Assembly (NCBI RefSeq): GCF_037042905.1
Contig: NC_087245.1
Location: 37,822,001 to 37,886,000 of the forward strand
From: Lytechinus pictus
Lineage: Eukaryota
Direction: 5' to 3'
Length of the DNA: 64,000 nucleotides
The notes under the pieces are model-generated. The model ran no database searches. It saw nothing but the letters and a program-made list of their open reading frames with translations, and was not told the origin of the DNA. This document shows, one piece after another, positions 38,101 to 52,005 of the stretch; the first letter of the stretch is position 1, and each line of letters starts with the position of its first letter. The translations under genes and the position numbers were made by a program.

Positions 38101-41100
38101 CATTCAAATTTTCTCTTCATTGTCAAGCGAAAAAACAACTAATTCCTCCCTGAACATGTGGAATTAGCATTGTTTAATACTATCTAGTTCATTCAAGTTG
38201 GTCTTTATTGTCAAATGTGTAAAAAATGAGATATTGTATAATTCAAACAATAAAAAACATAAGAAATAGTGAGTGAGGGTCATCATCGACTGTCTCATTT
38301 GCTTGTCACTGAGTTATGCATATCACTGTTTTGTGAAAAAATAAGCGAAACTTTAAAATGTCATAACTTTCTTATTTTACATCCGATTTAAATGAAATTT
38401 TCAGCGTTATGCTAGGTTTATTTTTCTCTATCTATTCAAATCAATATTTTTCTGGGTTGGACTTGACCTTTAATGATTTATACGTACAAGATTTTCATTT
38501 GTGTTGATTGCATGTGCAATGTAGGTTTCTAAGAAAGGGTCACCAGTCGTTCTTCAAGTCACTCGTACACGTTACTTTAATACGAAGAGCTTTATGAAAC
38601 GGCCACGAGGGGGAACGTTTCATCAACATTTTCGTCCGAAAGATTGTCAGATCTGACAACTGTCCTTGATTCTGATTGGCTGAGAAGCATGGTTACTCTC
38701 ACTGGTAACTGTCAGATAAAACAAGACTTATCAGATAAAACGTCCGACACAGGTTTCATCAATTTGAACACATAATTTATGAGCAAATTGTTTTTAAGAT
38801 TTTGAATTTGCATATAAAATAGGAAAATAATTGAACTATTCTTCATGCAAGGGCAGAGTGTAATTTCATTCATCTATGATAATGTCATAGAATTCAGGCC
38901 AATGAGGAGCGCTGTAAAGCCTATGAGGCTGTTCTCACTACGTTCCTAAAACTAGTTTAGTGGAAACTAGTTTAACGCGTAGTGAGAACGGTCAAAGCAG
39001 TCTTGGAAGCGATCTTCCAAACCAGTTTGGAAAACCACCTCGCGATGTAGTTTTCAAGACCGCTTTGCCTCGTTAAACTGGTTTTAGCGTAAGTGAGGAC
39101 ACAACCGTTCTTCGTGAAGCGATCTTCCCACATTTTGAGCGCGCTACTCCACACGACAGGTGTAGAATGACTATGCTGCAGTTTTGAATTTCGCGCGAAA
39201 CGTGTCACCCCACTGAGAGCGTTTCCATAGCAACAAGAGCGCTTTACGTGAAGTGATTTTGAAAACCACTTTCGTGTGATCAAGTTGGAACGCTAGCAAA
39301 GCGATCTTCCAAAGTGGTTTCCTGAATATGTTTCCAGTAAACTAGTTTTAGAAAGCGTAATGAGAACGGCCTCTATGTTTAGGTTCGTGAATTTGGGTTT
39401 GTAGGAAACAAAAATACTTTATGATAAACACTGAAAATCATGATACTTGAATTGTAGTATGCAACTTCCTTCTAATAGAAGGAACACTGTTTATTGATTT
39501 TGACTTCTGGAAAGGTCTTTTAATTGTGGAAAGTACCGTTTGTATTCTTTCAGGGAGAACTAGGGCTAATTATTACACTCACCTTTGGTTTTCGTTTTTG
39601 TGTCTGTGGTTGTGTGTGTGTGTGGGGGGGGGGGGGGGGTCCATTTTTATAAAATATAAAACCAACCTACACTTGCATGAAAGCTAAGGAACCCGGTTAT
39701 CAGTGTACATACTGTAGTGTATCCATCCCATCGAGCATTTTTGCATGTATATTTGGATGAGATCGACAAAACTAGACAAGATTTATGTAGAAAATAATAC
39801 AGTCCTGGGCGCCGTTTCATAAAGCTGTTCGTAAATTGAGAGCGACTTGTAGAACGACTGGTGATCCTTTCTTGTGATAAATGGTATGATAAATTGGCAA
39901 TGGTTTAGCGTGTAAGTAAGGATCACCAGTCGTTCTTAAAGTCGTTCCTAACTCACGAACAGCTTTATGAAATGGCCCCCGGAATAGACGGAGAAGATGC
40001 TACATACCATGTACCATACTCATGAGATAATCCGAGTTTAGAGAAAGAAATTTATTTAAAAAAAAATTGTTTTGCAAGGATTTTTTAATTGTTAAACAAA
40101 TATTGTAGGAAAAAAAGTATAAAAAATCACAAATTTTTGATGCAGTCCAGTGTATCATAATACATGTTTGTGTGAATTACAGTGTTGTGAAATTCAATGC
40201 TTTATATGATATACAATGTACTAGATGGTGCTATTACTGCAACCACTAATTGATGGCTTCCAATATTACCTGATCCTTTAAGCTACCGCTCCTGGTTTGG
40301 TTTTAACTCAATCTTTGACCCCGTTCTCATTACACTTTCTGAAACTGGTTTACTGGAAACGGGTTCAGGAAACCAGTTTGGAAGAACGCTTTGCTCGCGT
40401 TCCCATTTGATCACCCAAAAGTGGTTTTCAAAATCACTTCGCATAAAGCGGCCTTGTTGCTTCGGGAATGCTCTCATTGGGGTGATAGTTTCGCACGAAA
40501 TTTGAAACAGCATCGTAGCATTCTACACACAGTGTGTAGAGTAGTGCGCTCAAAATGTGCGAAGATCGCTTCCCTAAGAACGGTTGTGTCCTCACGCTAA
40601 AACCAGTTTAACGAGGCAAAGCAATCTTCAAAACTAAATGAGGTGGTTTTCTGAATCGGTTTGGAAGATCGCTTCCAAGACCGCTCCGACTGTTCTCATT
40701 ACACGTTAAACTAGTTTCCAGTAAACTTGTTTTAGGAAGGTAGTGAGAACAGCGTCTTTCTTTCTCACTTCCTCTTTCTTTTTCTCTCCATGATTTACAT
40801 GTATGCTCTCTCACATCTCTCTCTCCCTCTCTCTTGATTCATATTGACTCCAATTTCATCTTATGCTTGCCTCCTGTCTGTATAACTCTTTACCATTTGC
40901 TTTCTACATATACTACAGAACAAATCAGTCTCATTTCCACATCCCAATTTCCCTTAAACATTAAATTCTTACCATTTCTAAAAATTATTACCACCACTAA
41001 AGAGGACATGACCCAGATCTCTCATTTTCCTATTCCTCTTCCTTTTTTTCTTCTTTATTTCCTTCTCCCCCCCCCCCCCTCTTTTTAGATTTGTTTTTAT

Positions 41101-44100
41101 TCGATACATGACTTGAAAAATCATTAAGGCGGGGGCAGTTGCCCCCTGTAGCGCAACCCTTGTATACAGGTAAAGTAAAGAGTCATAATTTTCATTATAG
41201 AGGAACCATTCATATATGGTGCTATGTCGGGTATATAAACTACTCATATAAAGCATCTACCCAGGTGAACAGAAATCATAGATAACCGTGAAAAAATGCA
41301 TTCACGTGAATCGGCTAAATCTATCAGGATTTGATGTACTCCCATCTCGGACCATTGCCAGCAATATCAAACCTGTCCTGGTCAAACTTTCAAACTTTTC
41401 TGTTCATTAATATCCCCGTTTTCAGGGTATTTGGCAAGTGGTAATTAAACGGAGGTTAATTCACCGGAGCATATGTTTTGTATTGACAGACGTGGATTAA
41501 ATGAGGATTAGATGGGCAGGAAAATAACATTGCCGTGTCACTCTAGAAAGTGTCAGTGATAATTAATAGAGTAAAACAAGCTGTTTTTTCGTAGGATTAT
41601 TGTGATCTTCGGTAAGTGAGGGCTTCCCTCTCTCCCATCAAGATGCGACAGTCACACAGACAACTTCCAGACCGACAAAGCCTTCATTACCAATGATATA
41701 GTAATTGGTCGCTTTGGTGTCAGGTGTGTAAGTGTGACTGGGGCATTATCTTCCCACCTGTTCTCTATCCATACATCCCTTTTTTTTTTCTTTCCTTGAA
41801 CTTCATAAAAATCTGAACCCTGTTCAGATTTGAATATGAGCAAACAAACTGACACATGTTATTGATGAACACCCAATGGATAATTGTAATGAGTTATGAA
41901 TGATGAAATGACTGTATGTAACTTTCAATTATGTATCGGTCATTCAACTATGAGATGATGGGGCTCTTTTCCGCCATAATACCTTTTCATTGTTTTCATC
42001 TGAAATGCTCTTCCTGATTTCTGGAAACTTCTGGCAGGGATGTACTCTTTGCATATTTTCTATTTAGTCATCCGAAAAAAAAGAATGTCAGATCAGATCA
42101 ACATATTTCATTTCAAATATCATTCATAGTATTTTCCTTTTTTTTTCTTCAAACAATGAAGGGATTGGCAGAATGCATTTCATATGACAGAAACAATATT
42201 TTTGTTATATTGCCAAATTTGTATTCCTTGTTGGATTTATACCCATTAGTTATACTTTTGGATTTTAATATTTGAAAGTAATGAATTAGTTAGGCTAGAT
42301 TATTTTTCAAGAAAATCTCCTTTCAATCAATTCCTCTGTTTTTGTCTCACCTGCATAGCAGAGTGAGACTATAGGCGCCGCTTTTCCGACGGCGGCGGCG
42401 ACGGCGACGGCGACGGCGGCGGCGACGGCGGCGGCGGCGGCGACGGCGGCGGCGGCGGCGGCGTCAACACCAAATCTTAACCTGAGGTTAAGTTTTTGAA
42501 ATGACAGCATAACTTAGAAAGTATATGGACCTAGTTCATGAAACTTGGCCATAAGGTTAATCAAGTATTACTGAACATCCTGCCTGAGTTTCATGTCACA
42601 TGACCAAGGTCAAAGGTCATTTAGGGTCAATGAACTTAGACCATGTTGGGGGAATCAACATCAAAATCTTAACCTAAGGTTAAGTTTTTGAAATGTCATC
42701 ATAACTTAGAAAATATATGGACCTAGTTCATGAAACTTATACATAAGGTTAATCAAGTATCACTGAACATCCTGCATGAGTTTCACGTCACATGACCAAG
42801 GTCAAAGGTCATTTAGGGTCAATGAACTTTGGCCGAATTTGGGGTATCTGTTGAATTACCATCATAACTTTGAAAGTTTATGGATCTGATTCATGAAACT
42901 TGGACATAATAGTAATCAAGTATTACTGAACATCCTGTGCAAGTTTCAGGTCACATGATCAAGGTCAAAGGTCATTTAGGGTCAATGAACTTTGGCCAAA
43001 TTGGGGTATTTGTTGAATTACAGCCATAAATTTGAAAGTGTGTTGGTCTAGTTCATAAAACTTGGACATAATAGTAATCAAGTATCACTGAACATCCTGT
43101 GCGAGTTTCAGGTCACATGATCAAGGTCAAAGGTCATGTAAGGTCAAAGAACTTTGGCCACGTTGGGGGTATTTGTTGAATTGCCATCATATCTCTATAA
43201 GTGTATTGGTCTAGTTCATAAAATTTGGAAATAAGAGTAACCAAGTATCACTGAACATCTTGTGCGAGTTATAGTAGTTTTCAAAATCTGCACTGCTGCT
43301 ATATTGAATCGCGTGATGCAGGTGAGACGGCCAGAGGCATTCCACTTGTTTGTGTTTTTTTTTTACATTTTATTATATCTTTACCTTTTTTCAACAAAAA
43401 AAATGTAGAAAAGATACTGTAGAGTCATCTTTCATACAAAACATAGATTTTCTCATTTCCGTTAGTAAAAAGAGCAACCTTGAACAACAAGTATACTCTG
43501 TAGAATTTAAGTCTTTGATTTGTTTGATTCTTGGATTAGAGTGATGTGCTTAATAGGACAAGCACAAAAGGTTTGGAATCCATATTATTACAGCTGACAA
43601 GATTTGAATTAATCGCAAAAAAAGTTGGTATTATTCAGACCTTTCCACTATATATTCAATGGAAGTGCAATTGTTTAAAATTATTCACCTACTTTTTACA
43701 GTCTTAGTTCCCATTTTAGTCCGATTGTCAGTCAATAATAGAACATACATGTAGTGATTTCATGCTTGATTTGTGAAAGCAGAATAGATGTTTTTAAATG
43801 CATGTCGAAAATGTTCAGGGAGGTACTAAACTATTGTGCCCAACTTTTGGAGGCCTGATTTTGACTTTTGAATACTTATTGGATATTTCTATGATTTCAT
43901 GGGAGAATTTGTCCAAGGGATTTCGCACCTTCAGTCAACTGAAACATAGCAAGCCGTTTACATGTAATCATACTTATTGCCATATCAAGATTTTCATTTC
44001 ACAATATCAAAATTTCAACTCTACATGTACATGTAGGTATCAAGAATTAGATTTCTGTATCAAGAATCAGAAATAAAATGTTTAATGTCAAGAAGGCATT

Positions 44101-47100
44101 TCTTGATATGAAGAAGTTTTTTTGCAGGAGTTTCTGCATTTTTTAAAATTCATAAATCAATAATAAATTAAAATCTTTATATTAGACCTACTTAAAGTTT
44201 ATATAATAACAAGGACATAAATGAATACTTTTTTAATGTGAAAATTGAAGAGATGAATATTACTGACATTTAATCTACTCATAATACTTTGTACAAAAAA
44301 AAGCACAAGATAAGTCAGTCATTATAATTTCCTACACCTAAGTTAACACCTTTTTTGAAAGCTTTACTGCTTATCTTTAAGTTAAGGACATTTGGCTATG
44401 GTTTTATGGGGACACGTCACAGGTGATTTCTTGTTTCAAGTCTTGTGTAACCTTCGCAGAAAGGACAAAAAGTCTTTAACTGCACCAGATCTCGGAATAG
44501 CAGTGCGATGAAATTGTGATCGAAACCACAACTCCATTCATTCAAACTAGGCTAATTAATCTGATATGTTCCATGGTTTTCTGATATTCTGTCTGTTTGG
44601 ATGGTTTCCTGCGAGGATTGGAAAGCAAGGAGTTGGCAAAGATCTGTCCATTTCCTCCAATCATAGAGAACCCATTTCAATGACATCAAGGATTTCCTTA
44701 GACAGACCATTAGCATCTGCATGCTCCGTTTAAGATGGGGGAAAAAGGGATTAAACAAACCTACTTATTAGTTGGAAAGGCTACTGTGTGGGGAGTGTCT
44801 AGACTTTGAATTTCTTTTTACGTACATTTAGCAGCTGTTTTTATTCTAGGTAAGGAAGGATGGAAGACTGTACAATTAGATGACCTCAATTTGGTTGAGG
44901 TATCTAAAGAAATAAAATACAAATCTAGTTAAGGTTTGAGATGAAGATTAGAAAAGTGGAAGGTTATGAAGGGGAGGGAGAGGGGCGGGAGGAACGCCCA
45001 CAATATCCGTATAAAAAGTAGACGTGACTATTTTGTTGAGGAGATAGGTTCGAGCATCCTTTCTGGCTCTGTCTTGTCAGATTTTCATATTTTCCAAGGA
45101 AAATATGATAACAGCTAAATATGTACAACAAATTTATTACTCGCCTATATTGTGAATTGATTTTACACAGTTTTTATGGATAGTGAAATGAAAATTATTG
45201 TACAATGCTCATGTTTATTCAAATGCAATATCAGCAGCAGGAAACTTTATTTTTTTATTTTTTTTATTATTTAGGATCATATCTTCAAAATGACAAATAA
45301 AAAACCAAACCAGAAGTTTTTCTGTATCAAAGTTACGGCAAGATCTGGTGCCGCGCAGAGTTTTGAAATATAGTGCCTTTGGATTTTCGGAGTCTGATAC
45401 TCGGTACGCAATTTTCTGGAGCGCCACGCCCATGATTCTAAAAAATCCACTCAGTTACACGTCAGAAAGCAAGGATGCATGGCAGTGGAAACTGCAGCTG
45501 CGCTGGCTGCCTGGCTACTATGCAGGCACCAATGAGAGACTGTACGGGGGCGGACAGAAGTGATTTACATGTTTGGAGTCGCTCGGTACGTTACAGTTTT
45601 ACGCCTTTTGCGAGAGCGATCCCAGAGCGGATGAGAGCGAAATCGCTTGTCTCTCCCATGTATTTTCAACGCTGTTGTAGATTTGTGCTTAGGTTGTGTA
45701 AAGTAGCTCCCAAAAATAAAAGAGTTTTTTTTTTGCCTGACATTTATGCATGTGAATTAATTGTAGTCAAACATTATATTTTCTTTTTTAATCTTGTGGA
45801 ATTAAAATGAAATTAGACTGTATCAGAAACACTTTTACTAGTTTACTATTCGACTTTAATAACAGAGGATAATCTTTTTTTTTCTCAACTTCAGTTGGGT
45901 AGACCAGTATCCCCTTCACAGTGCTGCGTACGAAGGTAATGCTAATGAGGTTGCGCAACTTCTTCACCGAGGCTACCCAGCTGATCAACCTGATGTACAT
46001 CTATGGGTCCCACTGCACTATGCTTGTTGGTGAGTACATTTCATAGGGTCATAGGTCATCTTCCCACCCCTTCCCTATTCTGCTCTGCGTGGAACCTCTG
46101 GACCCCGGTACTCCTGGGGTCCGTTTTATAAAACTTGTTACAATAACAAATTTGCAATAACAGTTATAAGCCACTGAAATCCTTCAATCTCATTGGCTGA
46201 TAGTAAATTTTTAATAGAAATCTTGCATTTGTTATTATAATATTAAGTCTTTATGAAACAGGATCTTGGGCCGATATTGAATTCAGAACACTGATAAACG
46301 CAGTAAATTACTTAGCATTTTACTTGGCTAAGCAAAATAGCTATTACATGTACTTGTATTCAGGTCATTTTTAAATATTTCGCTTTTTAAACCATATTTA
46401 AAGATAAATTCCAGTTTTGGTAACGATCTAAAAATGACTTTTTACAGAATCTAATATAATGACCACCTAAGTGTCTGTTTGTATGAATAAAAAATATGTG
46501 CCAAAGGATTCTGGAAGAAATTGTGTGATTGCTGAGAAATAAGCAAAATAAGCGCGGATTCGGTCACTTCCGTCGGGTCTTTATTTTAGCAATAATAATA
46601 CACTGTCCCACGTGTGCCTATCTGTGTTGGTGATCTTCAGTGTGAACATTTTTCAGCGTAGATTTCAAGATTTCACAAAGTTCAGTTTATGTAACTGTAC
46701 CAGATCTAGATCCTCGATGATATACTGACAATTAAGCCTTGTTTTACAGACTTTCTCATGAAATCAGTGTTTACTGCAAATACTGGAATTTCTCTTTAAA
46801 CAAAATACTAATAACCTTTTCTCCCTATGTGTTAAATAGGAATGGACATGTAGAAGCTGTGAAAACTCTACTTCTGAATAACAACTGTTCGCCAAACACA
46901 GAGTAAGTAAAAAAATTATGATACCATATTTTGTCTTTCCATGTGTTTTTCCTTCTTGCACACTGCGGTAAGAACTGTTTTGTTGCTCCATGCAGTGTTA
47001 GTGGAGATGTCTTTATTATTAGAAATAAACGTGATTCTCTGCCTTTGATTTTAGGCTTTATCTGTATTGATTTTAACAAATAAATCGTTATTATCAATAA

Positions 47101-50100
47101 TTAATATTTTATACCCCCCTTCAGACCTATTCTTACCTCACAGATTCATGATAGCCCTCACATGGTTTTTGCACCTACTCCACTCCCTGGGGTTAGTTTC
47201 TATATTGCATTTGCTGTATTAAATTCTGTTTTAGTAACATTGTCCAGGATTGAAAATTTGAAAAAAATCACAGATTCAGCTTTCAATTTAATAATTATTA
47301 CAATCAACTGCAATCCTTTTGGTTGGTTTTTAGATAAATCATGAATATCATTTCATCTAAAAAAAAAAAATTGTTGATTATAAACTAGGATGATATGTGA
47401 TATAGCGGTACATCTTATTCTGTCAGAAGCAAAGTTTTACAGTAGGCAATTTATCCCTTTAAGACATTTCAAATGCAATAATCATAAATATTTGGATGCT
47501 AATTGATTAGTTTATGTAGATATTTAGTGTGGATAGAAGTTTTCTCTATTTATCATATACGTGTATATATGTATTAGAACTTGATTTATTTCATATATAT
47601 GTTTTTACCTGTAGGAATGACAGTGGATCGACGCCGCTTCATTTCTCAGCATTCAAAGGTCACGCGGAGGTCGTGCGATTACTGTTAAATCATCGAGATA
47701 TTGACAAGGTACGTTCCATTGCATTCCTAAAATAGTGGATTGGACTTGTGGTAACGGAGAGAGCAAAGACAGTGCTCATATCACTTTTCATTTTGTTGGT
47801 ATTGGATGCTGTTAATATGAGATGACTCTTTGATGAATAAGTATTATATAATTTGCTGATTCCAGTATTTTGTAAAAGTAGACCCGAGGTAATATCTTTG
47901 AGAAAGAAAGAATATCAATGCAAAACTATATCGATGTAGTTGAAGAGGTAAGGATGATGACTTAAGCTTAAAAATCAAGTGCTTTGAAAAACTATACATT
48001 TATAAGTATGTATTTCACAAAGCGAATATATATAAAGTACTGTTAACAAAATATGATTTAGGTGTCAATTATATTTCAAAGAAGAAAGTGCAACATCAGT
48101 AATACAATAGGACTCTAATGTCGTTAGGAAAACAACGAGAATCTAGAAATTGGTTGAATTATCAGATTAGTAGGAGGTGCTCAGATGGACTCAGATCTAT
48201 TAAGGAGAAAACATGTTTATTGCCATTTTAGAATGTTTTTGAATAGATATATTGCTCCATGCAAATGTTTAAAATCATCATTTCCACTCATCAAATAATG
48301 CTACACAAATGATCTGAAGATGGACAGTTGCGTTATATGCGGTACTCTTTATTTTTAAAAAAGGGTTCATTTATTAAATACATAATTCCCTACAGTGTGT
48401 ACAAGTAACATTGATATCTTTTTAAAACAGTATGTAGTGAATAAAGAAGGAAGAACTCCCCTTCAACTTTGTGAAGAATCCAGACAAAATGACTGGGAAA
48501 CAACAAGAAAACTACTTAAAGAAGCCAAAGAAAAACCAGTAAGTATTCCATAAACTATCAAAAGAACAGTTAAATGTCTTCATTTCCTAGGAAGGAAAAC
48601 GGCAGTTGTGTAGTAATGACAATAGCTGGATCTCTGTAGCTCTTTTCTTTCTAGAGGATGCAAAGCCCAATGGTAATTTACACCGGCTTTAGCTTGAGCT
48701 TCTGCTAAATTCCGGCGCCTTGTGCATTCACAAGGAATTAAGTCTGCCAGGTGCCTTTTCACTTCTCCTGGGTCGAGTGCAACACAATTGAAATAAATTT
48801 CTTGCTGAAGGAAAACATGCCATGGCTTGGAATCGAACCCACATCCCTCAGACTGAAAGATGATAGTCATAATCTCTAGACTACGATGCCCCCACATTGA
48901 GCTCAGCAGAATCACTCAACATAGAAATATCTAAAGTCCTAATTATTTTCATTTTATTGTGAGATAAATTCTTTGGATGATCGTTTTATGACCTTTAATT
49001 TTGTTATTCCTCTGTGCCTCAGAGAAGTTCAATAGAGAGATGCAAAATTATTTTAATATGAGTTATTTAAAACTAAATATCTTTCTTCCTTTTGTTGTTA
49101 TAGTCTCACATAAAGATTGATGTACATCTAATGGACCTGGACGGTTCACATGTGGTGCTAGATCTGGAGAAAGGCAGTAATACAGTAATAGCAGACCTTG
49201 TTCAGGTTAGTTAAGTATTAAACCCCCTGCCAAACTTTTCAAAAGGGGTATATAGCACCGTTGGGCTATTGATATTACTTCCTCAATTTTTTGCCCAGTG
49301 CTCACACAACCCATTACACAGACATTACCTGCCTATCTATCCATCTATCTATCTGTCTGTCTGTCTGTCTGTCTGTCCGTCCATCCGTCTATCTATCTAA
49401 CTGTCTGTCTGTCTGTCTATCTATCAAACTATCAATTCATCTTTATATTATAGCTATCTGTCTATCTATTTCGAGTTTTGTCTGTCATTCTATTCATTTA
49501 GTTATTTATGTATTATCTACCAATCTATCTTTCTGTTTGTGGATCTATATATTTATATCGAATTGTATAGGCCTTTCTATCTGTCTATCTATCTACTCAC
49601 TCTCACATATGTCCATAGACATGTATATGGACGGTGGATTGAGGTATGTCATTGAATAGTGGAATAATTTTTCCTGAATTTTACATAATTGGGTGTGTAC
49701 ATCTTTTCTATTATTTTTTTTTCATCAAAACCATTCATTATGACATTGGTTTAATTACCTGAATCTGCCATCTTTCTTTTTTAAATGAATCATTAATTTT
49801 CTGGTTTTCTTGTTTTTATTTTATTTTATTTTTTTTTCTTCTATTGTCCACAGATGGGCTGGATCGCCTTTTTCAGCCAAATGGCTGTTCATGTGTGTAC
49901 ATCTAATATAAGCCAAACTACACATTTTCATTAAGCTTAATATATTTTCTTGTTTTATTTTTGGTTTAATTGCAGCAATTGCAGTTACCAAGAGGAGGTC
50001 TCCAGATCTTCGCTGTATGGATTGCTTCACAAAACCTTCGTAAGTCTTGATCGAATTTTGTCTGACAAGAGCTCGTAAACATTTTAAACCTTGTTTTCAG

Positions 50101-51970
50101 TACTTATGGGCTTGTCCTGAACGAAGAGTTTAACGTGAAGACTTCAGAATATTTTAATAAAATAACTCAATTTACCCAGATTTGTCATTTAAGCAGGCTA
50201 CCTAGTAGACCCTGCAGAGCATAATGTCTATGGCCTATGTGGTCTATGTGTCTCAAAATCTAAAATTTTGAGAAAAGCTCAGAAAAAGCTTCATTTTAGA
50301 GTTATGACAATGATAGCAACCCCTCATTGCTTTAAAGTGTATTAATACTAAGTAGTAATATCAAAAGTAATGTATAAAAAAGGGAACCTTATCTACAAGC
50401 ATTCTGCTTCTAAGGTTTCCTCCGCTTTTCCGTTTTTTTATGTACTTAAACATGTATTAATATGTAGTGATTAAGAATGCTTGCTATTTATACTTATATA
50501 GTCTACGTGTGTAATGGTTGCTCAGCTTAGTTATGTCAGTTAAGTTATCAAAGTTTTGTAACATAACGGATTTGTGGAAATAAAACCTAAATGAAATGAA
50601 ATGAAGTGATATCCTAATTTCTGTAGGGAACTCTCTCTAGGCAAAAGAATGTTGCCACTTATATTATCATTCTTAAATGAGCTTTTTATGACATCAGAGA
50701 TACAAGGCTTTTAAAAGCCCTTCAACGATAACATTCATTGATCCATTTATTATCAGTGTATGTTTCAATATCCTTTACAAGTGATGTGCTGTGGATGCGC
50801 CTATGTTGCCGATGTATTGCTCTTCAATTTCCAAAATAAGTCATTTTGTGGTATTGTATCAACAAATGCATACATGTGGAAGACAGAAGGCTGTAATTTG
50901 GCAATGCTTACATGACATTTCTCATTATATATATACCGGTAAATGATAATCTGGACCACTATACCAATATGTGTTAAGGATAATATTTTACTTTCAAATT
51001 CTTTTAACTTTGTTTATTCTAACGTAAAATTTTGCAGCCTTACAACTTCATGTTTTTACCTCTTTCATAATGTTTGTACCTTCTTTTCTTCTGACTTTCT
51101 GCTCCGCTCCTTCCCTTCACTCCCCCTCTCTTTTTCTCTATCCCTTTCCACCCCCTTTTTCTCTATCTGCCTCTCCTCCTCCCCATCTCTTTCCTTTCTA
51201 GAATTCCGCAACACCAGTAGTTTCAATACCATACTTTATCCGTATTATTCATTTTGTAATTATCTTTGTTATTGTTTGAATATTTTTTGTGTCTTTACAT
51301 GTATTACCTTGTGAATACATCGCAATTCGGCCTTAGCCGCGATGATGTCTTGATTTTTATTAATAAACCATTTTATCTATCTATCTTTTTATCTACCATT
51401 ACATTGCAAACAAAGAGACAGGAAAAAACAATAGCATAATAACATTACGCATGTACACTATAGTTTTTGGCATTTAAATCAAAAGGAATAAAATTCTTTA
51501 TTATTTCATGCAGTGAGTGTTGATTTGGTTCTCATGAGGTATACATATTTTTCGTTCTCTTCACAGATTTACAGATGAGACCAGAGCACAAGCCTGTATT
51601 ACATTTAAAGCAATGGGATTCCATCATCAGACAACTCACAAATTACAACCCCGATACAGAGCGCCCTCTATTGTATCTCAGGAGAGATGCTCTGCTCACT
51701 GTAGAAGAAGAAAGAACGGTGAGTGAAGATTTTTTTATTCCCAACAATAAAAAATAGTAAATCATGGTTGAGTGATAGTATCTTTCATGTATTTCAGAAA
51801 TATCATGTATAAGAGGTGCCGTGGCCGAGTGGTCTAAGGCGCCTGGCTATACATGGAAAGTCCGGGGCACCTATGCCCGTGAGCAAGGCATTTAATCTAC
51901 AATGCTCTTTTATCCTGCTTTCAAATAAATGGAAATGCTATATGCATTATTGGTAACTAGGTGTGCACTT

Positions 51971-52005
<35 letters not shown>

